Assembly (NCBI GenBank): GCA_963822445.1
Contig: CAWGHO010000002.1
Span: forward strand, 1,536,001-1,600,000
Length of the DNA: 64,000 bases
Source: an uncultured Acidobacteriota bacterium
GTDB lineage: Bacteria > Acidobacteriota > Thermoanaerobaculia > Gp7-AA8
Direction: 5' to 3'
Made by a program: the position numbers and the translations under genes. This document shows positions 1 to 9,100 of this stretch, piece after piece. The notes beneath the pieces were generated by a model, which searched no databases, was not told the DNA's origin, and was given only the letters and a program-made list of their open reading frames with translations. Position 1 is the stretch's first letter. Every line of letters starts with the position of its first letter.

Positions 1-1
1 G

Positions 2-307
2 GAGGAGCAGCTGACGCGCGCGCTCGAGCTCAATCCGCGATTGCCGCTCGCGCTCAACACGATGGGCGTCGTCCACGTCCGCAAAGGCGATCCGGTGCGC
101 GCGTACGAAGCGTGGAAGCGCGCGTTCGAGATCGACCGCCGGCAGTACGACGCGCTGTTCAATCTCGCGCTGATCTCCGCGCAGCGCGGCGATCGGGCGG
201 AGGCGCGGCGCGCGCTGCAGGAGTTCGTGAGGATTGCGCCGGCGAGCCGCTACGGCGAGGAACTGGCGAGGGCCCGGAAGGCCCTCGCCAGCGAGGCGGG
301 AAACTAG
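2..307 (+). CDS. TPR-repeat protein, C-terminal part (5' truncated by window edge)
   Basis: Frame open from base 2 (EEQLTRALELNPRLPLALNTMGVVH...AYEAWKRAFEIDRRQYDALFNLAL); TPR consensus; stop overlaps the stop of the convergent receptor gene. Confidence 0.85.
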   Translation, partial: EEQLTRALELNPRLPLALNTMGVVHVRKGDPVRAYEAWKRAFEIDRRQYDALFNLALISAQRGDRAEARRALQEFVRIAPASRYGEELARARKALASEAGN

Positions 308-3300
308 AACGTGAACTTGCCGCCGAAGCGGTAAACGCGCGGGGCCTGCATCTCGGTGATGCGCTGCGCCGCCGGCGTGGACGGATCGGCCACGAGTGAG
401 GTGGAGTAGCTGAACACGTCGCCGTTCCGCTGCAACACCGTCCGCTCGTTCGTGGCGTTGAAGATGTCCGCCGAGATCGTGAACGTAGCCAGATCGGCAA
501 CGCGGAAGTCCTTCGCGAGGCGCAGGTCGAGCTGGTAGACGTTGTCGAACCGGCGCTCGCCTACGTCTTCGAGCGCAACCGTCGCGGTGCCGCCGCGGAT
601 GCCTGCAACCGAGGCGCGCAGCACGTTCGGATAGCCCTGCCGATAGAGCAGGCTCGCACCGATGTTGATGTCCCACGGCGCGACATACAGCGCGGCGAGG
701 TTGGCGTTGAAGCGCGAGCTGAGGAACACGTTACCGAACGCGCCCGAGCCGGCAGACTGCGGCGCGATCTGGCCGCCGATGCAGGCCGGAGCACCGGCAT
801 ACGCGGCGACGCCATTGACGATGCCCGTGCTCGGCAGGCCGGTGGTCGGGTTGGCGAACGAGTCGTCACCGCAGTCTTCGGTGTAGTCGTTGTAGCTGCC
901 GTTGACGCGCAGCATCCAGTTGCGGGACATGCGCTTGGTCGCGGTGACTTCGACGCCGTTGTACGTCTGGGTGTAGTCGGGACGGTTCGTAATCACGCCG
1001 AAGTTCGGCGCGGCGATGCCGGGCTTGAGCTGAAAGACCTGGCGCGTCGGGGTGGTGATGGTCTGGCCGTTGCGGGTGAACGTGCCACCCACCGAGCCGT
1101 TGCCGGTACCACCGTTGACGTTCGTGGCCAGCTCGTAGTCGGCGGCCGTGTAGTAGTCGCCCGCACCCTGCGTCTTTTCATAGAGGCGCGCCGGCAACTT
1201 GTGGTTGGTCCGGTGGGTGAAGGTGACGCCGACCGAGAAGTCGTTGAAGATCTCGCGCTCGCCGCCGATCAGCAACTCGTCGGTGTACGGCGTCTCCATG
1301 TCGTAATCGACGCGGATGGTCGAGGTGATCGCGGCGGGGTTGCTCGGAACGATGCCCGCCCAGCTGCGGATGAACTGCAGCTCGTTGCGCTGAATGATGT
1401 GGTCGTTGTTCGCATCGAGGCCGAGGATCTGGAAATTGCTGCTTCCGACGGGGCTGGAGCCGGCCACGGCCGACCCGAGCTGGCTGACGTAGCGGTTGTA
1501 GCCCGCGCGCAGCAGCGTCTTCTTGTCGGGCATCGCCCAGGTGAGGCCGAGACGCGGCGAGAGGCTGTTCCAGTTCAGTTCTTCGTCCTGACCGGGATAC
1601 GCAAGACCCGGCAGTGTCGCGGTCTGCTGTCCGTTCGTGCAGCCGGCCGTACCGGCCGCGCAGGGCAGCGTGAGCGCGGTTCCCAGGATCGCGTTCGGCT
1701 GCACGTCCAGCGGCTGAATCGCAGATGCCTGATCGTCCCAGCGCAGGCCGGCCTGAATGGTCAGGTTGCCGAGCAGGATCGTGTCGCCGACGTAGAACTC
1801 GTTGTACTTGCCCGTGTACGAAGCCAGCGGCGGGCGGAAGAGGACGGCCGTGCCGCACCGCGGATTCGGAATCGTCTTCGTCGCGTCGGCCGGATCCGGA
1901 ACGGTCAGACCGTTCGCGGCGCAGGCCGCGAAATTCGTGTGATCCCAGTAACCGCCGGACGGGCCGGGATAGGTCGTCGCGGACTGGACGGGTGTGTCGC
2001 GGAATCCGTAGCCGAACTTGAACTCGTGGTTCATTCCACCGAGGTCGGTAAAGAACGAGCCGTCGAGGCGGTACTGCTTCTGCGGACGGATGGTCTGGTA
2101 GGTCGAGAAGTTGTCGTGATTCACGCCGAGGCTGTCGACCCAGCGCGACGGGGCATCGACACCCTGACCGCCGTTGGCGAACAGTCCGAAGCCGCCCTCG
2201 ACCTTCGACCACATGCCGGTGAGGTAGAGGTTCTGTCCGAAGACGTGCGTGTCTTCGAGCTTGTAGACCTTCGTCGGGCCGGTCTGCGTGTACGCGGTCT
2301 CGAAGGGACGCGACGGCGAGAGATCGCGCGCGTTGCGGAACTTGTCGCCGTACGTGTACGAGGCGACGAAGCTGTTGCCCGAGAAGAGCTGCGCGTTCAT
2401 CTTCAGGTTCTTGTTCTCGAGAACCGTGTCGTCGGGGATGAAGAACGTCGGAGCGGGGAATGCGAGCGACTGCCAGGTGGAGATCTTCTGATCGCCACGC
2501 GCGCCCCAGAACCAGACGCGGTCGCGCCAGATCGGGAAGCCGATCTCAGCGCCGTAGTCGCGAACGTAGTTGACCTTGTTCGTCAGCGAGAGGTAGCTGG
2601 CCGCTTCCGCCGGAACGGACGCTTCGGCCGAAGTGCTGCCCGGCACGTAGAGGTAACGGCCGGAGCCGGTGATGTCGTTCGTGCCGCGCTTGGTGACCAT
2701 GTTCATCTGCACGCCGGCCGTCTGAATGCGCGGGTCGGAGCCGCCGGTCGTGATCTGCATTTCTTCGAACATGTCGAAGTCGTAGTACGTCGGCGAGGAG
2801 CCGGTGGCGCCCATGTCGGTGATGTTCACGCCGTCGATGTTCCAGGTGCCGTCCGCGCGCGGCGCACCCTTCGAGACGTAGACCGACTGCTGGCCGCTCT
2901 GCGTTCCGCCGGTGTTGATGCGATCGACGAACACGCCGGGCGTCGACTGCAGAATCATCCAGGGGTCGCGTGCCGTTGGGATGTTGTCGAGCATGACCTG
3001 ATCGACGCTCGTGCCGGTGCCCGTCTTGCGAACGTCGAGCAGCGGAGCTTCCGCCGTGACCGTGATCGCCTCGGACACAGTCGGGTTCAGCGTCAATTCG
3101 ACTTCGGCGCTGCCGCCGACGCGCACGCCGACGCCACCGCGTTGCGCGGTGCCCATGCCCGCGAGCTCCGCTTTCAACGCGTACTCACCGGGGGAAAGGT
3201 TGATGAAACGGAAGTTGCCCTGACTGTCGCTGACCGTGGTCTGCGGCGCGCCGACTCCGGTCAGGGTGACCGTGACGCCAGGGAGCATCGTTCCGTCCTT

Positions 3301-3420
3301 GGCCATCGTCCTGCCGTAGATGTTTCCTGTCTGATACTGCCCGTACGCGCTTACGGCAAACAGCGCGATGAGCAGCGCGGCAACGATGGCCGCCCGACTC
3401 GAACCCAACGTTTGTTTCAT
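304..3420 (-). CDS. TonB-dependent receptor, Oar-like, with N-terminal carboxypeptidase-regulatory-like domain
   Basis: Signal peptide; GNIYG..DG..LPGVTVTL..G.FRF..LSPGEY domain; plug region (IPTARDPW, NIDGVNITD); C-terminal aromatic beta-strand (RFGGKFTF); GGAG RBS. Confidence 0.92.
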   Translation of the reverse strand: MKQTLGSSRAAIVAALLIALFAVSAYGQYQTGNIYGRTMAKDGTMLPGVTVTLTGVGAPQTTVSDSQGNFRFINLSPGEYALKAELAGMGTAQRGGVGVRVGGSAEVELTLNPTVSEAITVTAEAPLLDVRKTGTGTSVDQVMLDNIPTARDPWMILQSTPGVFVDRINTGGTQSGQQSVYVSKGAPRADGTWNIDGVNITDMGATGSSPTYYDFDMFEEMQITTGGSDPRIQTAGVQMNMVTKRGTNDITGSGRYLYVPGSTSAEASVPAEAASYLSLTNKVNYVRDYGAEIGFPIWRDRVWFWGARGDQKISTWQSLAFPAPTFFIPDDTVLENKNLKMNAQLFSGNSFVASYTYGDKFRNARDLSPSRPFETAYTQTGPTKVYKLEDTHVFGQNLYLTGMWSKVEGGFGLFANGGQGVDAPSRWVDSLGVNHDNFSTYQTIRPQKQYRLDGSFFTDLGGMNHEFKFGYGFRDTPVQSATTYPGPSGGYWDHTNFAACAANGLTVPDPADATKTIPNPRCGTAVLFRPPLASYTGKYNEFYVGDTILLGNLTIQAGLRWDDQASAIQPLDVQPNAILGTALTLPCAAGTAGCTNGQQTATLPGLAYPGQDEELNWNSLSPRLGLTWAMPDKKTLLRAGYNRYVSQLGSAVAGSSPVGSSNFQILGLDANNDHIIQRNELQFIRSWAGIVPSNPAAITSTIRVDYDMETPYTDELLIGGEREIFNDFSVGVTFTHRTNHKLPARLYEKTQGAGDYYTAADYELATNVNGGTGNGSVGGTFTRNGQTITTPTRQVFQLKPGIAAPNFGVITNRPDYTQTYNGVEVTATKRMSRNWMLRVNGSYNDYTEDCGDDSFANPTTGLPSTGIVNGVAAYAGAPACIGGQIAPQSAGSGAFGNVFLSSRFNANLAALYVAPWDINIGASLLYRQGYPNVLRASVAGIRGGTATVALEDVGERRFDNVYQLDLRLAKDFRVADLATFTISADIFNATNERTVLQRNGDVFSYSTSLVADPSTPAAQRITEMQAPRVYRFGGKFTF

Positions 3421-3628
3421 GGCATCTCCTTTTTTCCAAACCTTCCGGAGTGACGGACGAGTTGCGGAACGCGCAACGAAATGACACTAAATTGTTAAGG
3501 GCGAGGAAGTTGTAGCACGGCTCCCAACAGCTGACATCCCTAAGAAATGGAAACGAAAAGAGAACTGTACTTCTCTTTTTAGGATCGATCCTTTACACTT
3601 CGGCGCGCCGACGGAAAGGAGCGTTCAA

Positions 3629-4093
3629 ATGACCGAATCCGCGATTCATCCAGCCGAAGTTTTCCGCCGTTTCAGCCGCCAGAGCCTGGTTTCCATGCTG
3701 GTCGTGGTGATCGTTCTGGGCGGTACCGCGCTGAGTCTGATGCTCGCACCGCCGGGCGCCGTTGGACGTGCGGCGAATCTCGTCTGGTGGCTGATTCCGG
3801 TCGCCATCGCGGCGTTCATCACCATCGCCATCGCGATCGGCCGGCGGCGCTGGAACCCTGACGCGCCGGAAGTGCAGATGGTGATGGACGAAGAGCTGCG
3901 ACGCGCGAACATGCTGCGCGCGTCGCGCGTCACGCTGATCGCCGTGCTGGCGATTCAGTGGCCGCTGGCGATCGGACTTTCGACGATCACCTGGCTGAAT
4001 GGCGAGCGCATGGCCATGGTCATGTCCGCATCGACGATCACACTCGGCCTGGCTCTGCTCATCATCCTGTTCCTGATCTTCGATCGCGATTAG
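3629..4093 (+). CDS. Four-TM membrane protein (DUF2178-like), partner of the XRE regulator
   Basis: Four hydrophobic segments with a DEEL motif; AAGGAG RBS; 3 bp upstream of the HTH gene. Confidence 0.7.
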   Translation: MTESAIHPAEVFRRFSRQSLVSMLVVVIVLGGTALSLMLAPPGAVGRAANLVWWLIPVAIAAFITIAIAIGRRRWNPDAPEVQMVMDEELRRANMLRASRVTLIAVLAIQWPLAIGLSTITWLNGERMAMVMSASTITLGLALLIILFLIFDRD

Positions 4094-4096
4094 CCG

Positions 4097-4306
4097 ATGC
4101 CCGACGAGCTTCGCAATCGGATCAAGGTGCAGCGGGCGATGCGCGATCTCACGCAGGCGGATCTCGCGGAGCTGGCCGGCATCACGCGCCGCTCGGTGAA
4201 TGCGATCGAAGCAGGACGGATGGTGCCGTCGGTGTTGCTGGCGTTGAAGATCGCACGGGCGCTGGGCGTCACCGTCGAGACGATTTTCAATCTCGACGGG
4301 ACGTAG
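4097..4306 (+). CDS. XRE/Cro-family helix-turn-helix regulator
   Basis: LRNRIKVQR..LTQADLAELAGITRRSVNAIEAG..PS..LALKIARALG..VETIF matches HTH_3 consensus. Confidence 0.93.
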   Translation: MPDELRNRIKVQRAMRDLTQADLAELAGITRRSVNAIEAGRMVPSVLLALKIARALGVTVETIFNLDGT

Positions 4307-4355
4307 CGCAGACACTCCTGTCTGCGAATGGAGCAGACAGGAGTGTCTGCTCTAC
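4303..4355. repeat. Inverted pair of GTAG-type REP palindromes between convergent genes
   Basis: GTAG-CGCAGACA-CTCC-TGTCTGCG (4303-4326) and inverted copy GAGCAGACA-GGAG-TGTCTGCT-CTAC (4331-4355). Confidence 0.8.
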
Positions 4356-4759
4356 GGTTTGCGCTTCCACAAGTTGTCCACCGCCCACGCGCCCGGCCCC
4401 TGCGCGGCGATGTAGAGAAAGATCCAGCAGTACAGCACCGCCGGCTCGCCGCCGTTGACCTTCGGAAAGAATCCGCCTGACGCGTGACCCTTGAAGTAGG
4501 CGACGGCCATGAGGCCGCTGGCGATGAAGGCCGTCGTTCTGGTGAAGAGACCGATGGCGATCATCGCTCCGCCGACGAGCTCGATGATGCCGGCCGTCCA
4601 GAGCTCCGCGTTCATCGGCACTCCGGGCGGAAGTCCGCCGAATGCGCCGAGAATTTTCTGCGCGCCGTGACAGGCGAACATCACGCCGGTCAGCAATCGC
4701 AGGATGCTGAGGATCTGCGGGGCCAGTGAGGTGAATCGATTGACGAGGTTGTTCGGCAT
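4352..4759 (-). CDS. DoxX family membrane protein
   Basis: LSILR..G.MF..HGAQK, AGIIELVGG..IAIGLFTR..AF..SG.MAVAYF, NGGE.AVLYC, GPG.W.VD. Confidence 0.93.
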   Translation of the reverse strand: MPNNLVNRFTSLAPQILSILRLLTGVMFACHGAQKILGAFGGLPPGVPMNAELWTAGIIELVGGAMIAIGLFTRTTAFIASGLMAVAYFKGHASGGFFPKVNGGEPAVLYCWIFLYIAAQGPGAWAVDNLWKRKP

Positions 4760-4760
4760 T

Positions 4761-5699
4761 TCACACCTTCCTCAGGTAGTCGGCGAGTTGATCGAGCGTG
4801 CCGGTCCAGCCATTCTGCATCGACGCGTTGAAGCCGCGGAACATCGCCCGCTCCGCTTCGCTCGCGTTGACGGGAACGCCTTCCATGCTCACCAGCGTCT
4901 TGCCGCCTTCGACTTCGGTGAAGGTGAGCGTCGATAGAACTTCCAGCGGCCAGTCGTTCGAGAACGGCGCGCGAACGGTGTTGCCCTGCGGGTCGGAGAA
5001 CGACACCACGAACGACAAACGCTCCGGCGGCGCGATCTCGCGATACACCCACTTGCCCCACATCTCGCCGCCGCCCGGCCGGCCCATGCCGTAGTGCATC
5101 ACGCCGCCGGGACGGAGGTCGTTCGTGCAATGGAACATGGTCAGCCCCTTCGGTCCCCACCAGTTCACCAGATGATCGCGCTCCGTCCACATCTCGAACA
5201 TCAGCTCGCGCGGTGCATCGAACACGCGGCTGATGGTGAACGTCTGGCCCGCGGCGACCGCTTCGCCGAGGCGGTCGAGGGTCTGGTTGAGGCCCTCGAT
5301 GGCACCGAACGCTTCAGCCACCATGTCCCGCTGTTCGGCGGTCGCGAAGAGCATCGTCACCGTGACGCGCGTCTTGCCGCCGTCATCCTCGAATCGCACC
5401 GTCGAGTCGAAGTGCGGCTCCACGACGTGCGAGTAGGTGAGAAGGCGCGGCGCGTCGATCTCGCCGTACACGACCTCGTTGTCGTAGTCCTTGCCGTCGG
5501 GGCCGTGCATCACGAACCGCCACACGCCGCCGGGACGGACGTCCATCTCCTGAATCGTGAGCGTGAAGCCGCGCGGTCCGTACCAGTGCTTCACGTGCTC
5601 CGGCTCGGTCCACATACGGAAGACGGTCTCCGCCGGCGCGTCGAACACGCGCGTGGCGGTGATCTCCCTCGCGCTGATGTCGGTGGTGGTTGCTGTCAT
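4761..5699 (-). CDS. Tandem SRPBCC (AHSA1-like) domain protein
   Basis: Two copies of TRVFDAP..VF.MWT.....WWGP.G...D.RPGG; start ATG 5699 overlaps the ArsR stop (ATGA). Confidence 0.9.
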   Translation of the reverse strand: MTATTTDISAREITATRVFDAPAETVFRMWTEPEHVKHWYGPRGFTLTIQEMDVRPGGVWRFVMHGPDGKDYDNEVVYGEIDAPRLLTYSHVVEPHFDSTVRFEDDGGKTRVTVTMLFATAEQRDMVAEAFGAIEGLNQTLDRLGEAVAAGQTFTISRVFDAPRELMFEMWTERDHLVNWWGPKGLTMFHCTNDLRPGGVMHYGMGRPGGGEMWGKWVYREIAPPERLSFVVSFSDPQGNTVRAPFSNDWPLEVLSTLTFTEVEGGKTLVSMEGVPVNASEAERAMFRGFNASMQNGWTGTLDQLADYLRKV

Positions 5700-6046
5700 T
5701 TCTTCTTCTCCTTCTTCTTCTGCTTCTGTTTGAGGGTGCGCAGGTATTCGTCCAGCCGGTCGAAGCTCTGCTCCCAGAATTCGCGATAGCGCTCGAGCCA
5801 GTCCGATGCGTCCTTGAGCGGACCCGCGTCGAGCTTGCACGGGCGCCACTGCGCGTCGCGGGTGCGGGCGATGAGACCGGCCCGCTCGAGCACCTTCAGA
5901 TGCTTGGAGATCGCGGGCAGGCTCATGTCGAACGGCTCGGCCAGTTCGGTGACCGAAGCCTCGCCGGTGGTGAGGCGCGCCAGGATGGCCCGGCGGGTGG
6001 GATCGGCGAGCGCGGCGAAGGTCATGCTGAGCTGGTCGTTAACCAT
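5696..6046 (-). CDS. ArsR/SmtB-family transcriptional regulator
   Basis: FAALADPTRRAILARL..GEASVTELAEPFDMSLPAISKHLKVLERAGLI. Confidence 0.95.
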   Translation of the reverse strand: MVNDQLSMTFAALADPTRRAILARLTTGEASVTELAEPFDMSLPAISKHLKVLERAGLIARTRDAQWRPCKLDAGPLKDASDWLERYREFWEQSFDRLDEYLRTLKQKQKKKEKKK

Positions 6047-6092
6047 ATGGTTAATTAACCGATAAGTTAATTACGCCACGTTGCTTTGTCAA
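6039..6092 (-). promoter_or_regulatory. Sigma70 promoter with tandem palindromic operator for the ArsR operon
   Basis: Minus strand TTGACA (6092-6087), 17 bp spacer, TAACTT (6069-6064); palindromes TTAACC-ATAT-GGTTAA (6039-6054) and TTAACC-GATA-AGTTAA (6055-6070) cover the -10 and the start codon. Confidence 0.8.
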
Positions 6093-6102
6093 GAGCAGGA
6101 CG

Positions 6103-6133
6103 AAAAAAGCGGCCCCGCCGAAGCAGGGCCGCC
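6103..6133 (-). terminator. Rho-independent terminator of the large secreted protein gene
   Basis: Minus strand GCGGCCCTGC-TTCG-GCGGGGCCGC followed by TTTTTT. Confidence 0.85.
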
Positions 6134-6156
6134 TGAAAACCGAGAACCGTGAACGG

Positions 6157-9100
6157 CTACTTGGAGCAGGACTGCTGATCGGAGCCCTGTTCGTAGTAGT
6201 TCGTGAGCGTCACCTCGTCGAACCAGAAACCGAGGAGAGCGGCGGTGGGATCGGTGCCGTAGCCGACGTCGATCTGCACGGACCGACCTGCGCGCGAAGC
6301 GGAGCCGAGGTCGAGTGCGGACCAGGTGCTCGCCAGCCAGACCGGGCCGGGGCCTGCCCAGCCGCGGTTGCCGGCTGTGACGCAGACGCCGTTCGGACCA
6401 TCGGCGAGGTACGCGCGGCCGCCGCTCGGAACGACGACGCTCCGCGATCCGGTCGCGACGTCGTAGATGCCGAGGTTGGCGCGGTCGTACCAGGCGTCGG
6501 TGATCGGCTCGATGCCGAACTGGTTATAGACGCTGAGTGTCGACGTCGGCGTGAGCTTCACGATCGGCGAGCGGACGTTGTCGCACGAACCGTCGACGAG
6601 GCTCGACGAGGCCATGTAGCCGCTGGTGAGATTCGCGCCGCCTCCCGTGGTTTGTCTGCCGAACGTGCCGGATACGCGCGTCCAGCCATCGGTCCCCGTT
6701 TCGAACGAGTACGTCTTCGTTGCGCGGAACACGTAGTCCTGCTCGGTGTTGGTGAAGGTGACCGTAAGCGAGCGGGTGATGCCCTGCGCGGCCATCTCGT
6801 CGGACGTCACGTCGATCCGGAGCGTGAGCTCGTCCTTCGGTGCGAGTCCGCCTGCGGTCACGCGTACGGTCGCCGGAGCGGTCGAGCATTGCGCGAGCGA
6901 AGAGACGACGGCCTGCGGCATCGCGCCGATGGTCACGCCGGTGTGCGACGCGAGGATGCGCGCGATGCGCACGTTGGTGAGGCTGCCCGCGCCGATGTTC
7001 TTCACGCTGAAGTCGACGCGCGCGATCTCGCAGTTGTCGAGGAACTCATCGCGATCGCCGCCTTCGACGGACTTGACGACCGGCGTCGCTTCGATGCGCA
7101 GGTTCGCGCCGGCCGCGGCCGAGCCGCTGCAGACGTCGCAATCGGTCTTCGCGGTGGCGGTGAACGAGTTCGCCGACGGCGGGCCGGAAGCCTTGCGCTT
7201 GTACCGCGCAGTGATCGTGTCGACGTTCAGCACGGTCAACCGTCCATCGCCGCGCGATCCGTTCGCACCGCTGAGGAGGATCGTGCCGACGAAGTGACCG
7301 CTGTTGGCAGGAAACTCCTGCAGCACGACGGTCTCATCGCGCTCTGCACCGGAGGAAACGGTGACGCTGACCGAGCCGGCGCCGCGATTGCCGTCCTGCA
7401 CGGCGATCTTCATTTCATCCGCGCATTGATAGGTGGGCTTGTCGAGCGAGATCGAAGCGCTCGTGCCCTTCTCCATTTCCCAGATGCCGCGGCCGTGCGT
7501 CGCCGCGCGGAGCCGTTTCGGCGTGGTGGCGTTCGTGAACTGCAGCATGTTCACCGACACGTGCGGGAGCAGGCCGCTGTTGATGCGCAGCCAGAGGTTG
7601 CCGCTCCAGGCGCTGGTGTTCACGTACACGCCGCTGTCCGACGCGACGTAGACCTCGTTGCTCTCGTTCGGGTTGGGATTCACGGCGAGGGTGTTGAACG
7701 GCTCGTCGGGAAGCGCGCCGGAGATGTCGCTCCAGGTCGCGCCGCCGTCGTTCGAGCGGAACACGTGGCCGGGGTACGGCGTCGACGCGTTCCATCCGCT
7801 GTACGTGACCATGACGTTGTTCGCGTTCGTGGGATCGGTGTCGATCCAGGTGACGAAGCGGCCGGCCGTCGCGTTGAGAATCGGCAGCGGGGCCTTGGTC
7901 AGATCGGTCCAGGTCGAGCCGCCGTCGATCGACTTCCAGATCCGGCCGATGGACGTGCCGACGTAGAGCACCTTGCTCACCGTCGTGCCGGTCAGCGTGG
8001 TCGTCGCTCCGCCTGCTTTGGCGGTATGGATGATGGTGATGTACGCGCTGGCCGCGGTCGATCCGCCGACGAAGTCGCCGACGCCTGCGGTCGTGCCGAT
8101 GCGCTCCCAGATCTTGCCGGCCGTGCGCGCGCTCGGATTGCGATAGAGCACGTTCGTGCCGACGTACATCACGTTCTGGTTGTGCGCGTCGAGGCTGAAG
8201 TTGGCGATGAAGGCGGTGTGTTGATCGGGCACGCAGAGGCCGAGGCAGCCGGCGCAGGCGCCGAAGCTCTGCATGCAACCGGTGGTCGGCCAGGTGTCGC
8301 CGCCGTCATCCGATTTCTTGATCGACGCGTAGACGTACTCCTCGTACGCGTGCAGATCGTTGTCCTGATCGACGGCCGCGAATCCGCCGTCGCCGCCAGC
8401 GGTGGCGGTCCACTTGTCGTTGTTGAGATAAGCGTGGCCGTTGTCCTGAAGCCCGGCATTGATGCGATACGCCTCGGCAGCGCTCTGGCCGAGGCCGTAG
8501 AACTGCAGCGTCGACATGTCGCCGACGTTGACGTGCGTCCAGCTCACGTTCGCGCCGTCGACGTGACCGATGTTCAGGCCGCCGTCGTTGGCGTCGTAGT
8601 ACGTGTTCGCGTCGACCCAGATCGCATGGTGATGATCGGCGTGCGCCCAGGTCGTGTCGCCGGCGCTCCATCCCGATTTCTTCGTGAGCGTCGCGCCGCC
8701 GTCGGTGGAGAGGTAGTTGTCGAGACCTCCAACCATGATGTGGTTCTCGTTGGCCGGATTCACGGCGCCGGTCAGGTTGTACCAGCCCTGTCCGTTGGTG
8801 AACTCGGTCGTCGACCCGGCCGTCCATTGCACGGTCGCCGCGGTTGCGTCGAGCGTCGACCACAGGCCGAGAGACTTGTAGTCGTCGGAGCGGGCGATGA
8901 GCACGTACATGTGCTTCGGATTGCTCGGCGCCAGCAGCGTGTGCATGCGGCCGACGAGACCGGGACTCTCCGGCCAGCCGTTCTGCGCGGAGAGGGAGAT
9001 CTTCTTCCACGTCGCGCCGCCGTCGACGGAGCGATAGATGCCGTTGTTCTTGCGCGAGTCGCTGGTCGGCGAGACGCAGGTCGCGTCGCGGAACCGGCCG

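Noticed and set aside
1201-3453. 750-aa plus-strand ORF
   Set aside because: Antisense shadow of the TonB-dependent receptor; no motifs; expected in high-GC DNA
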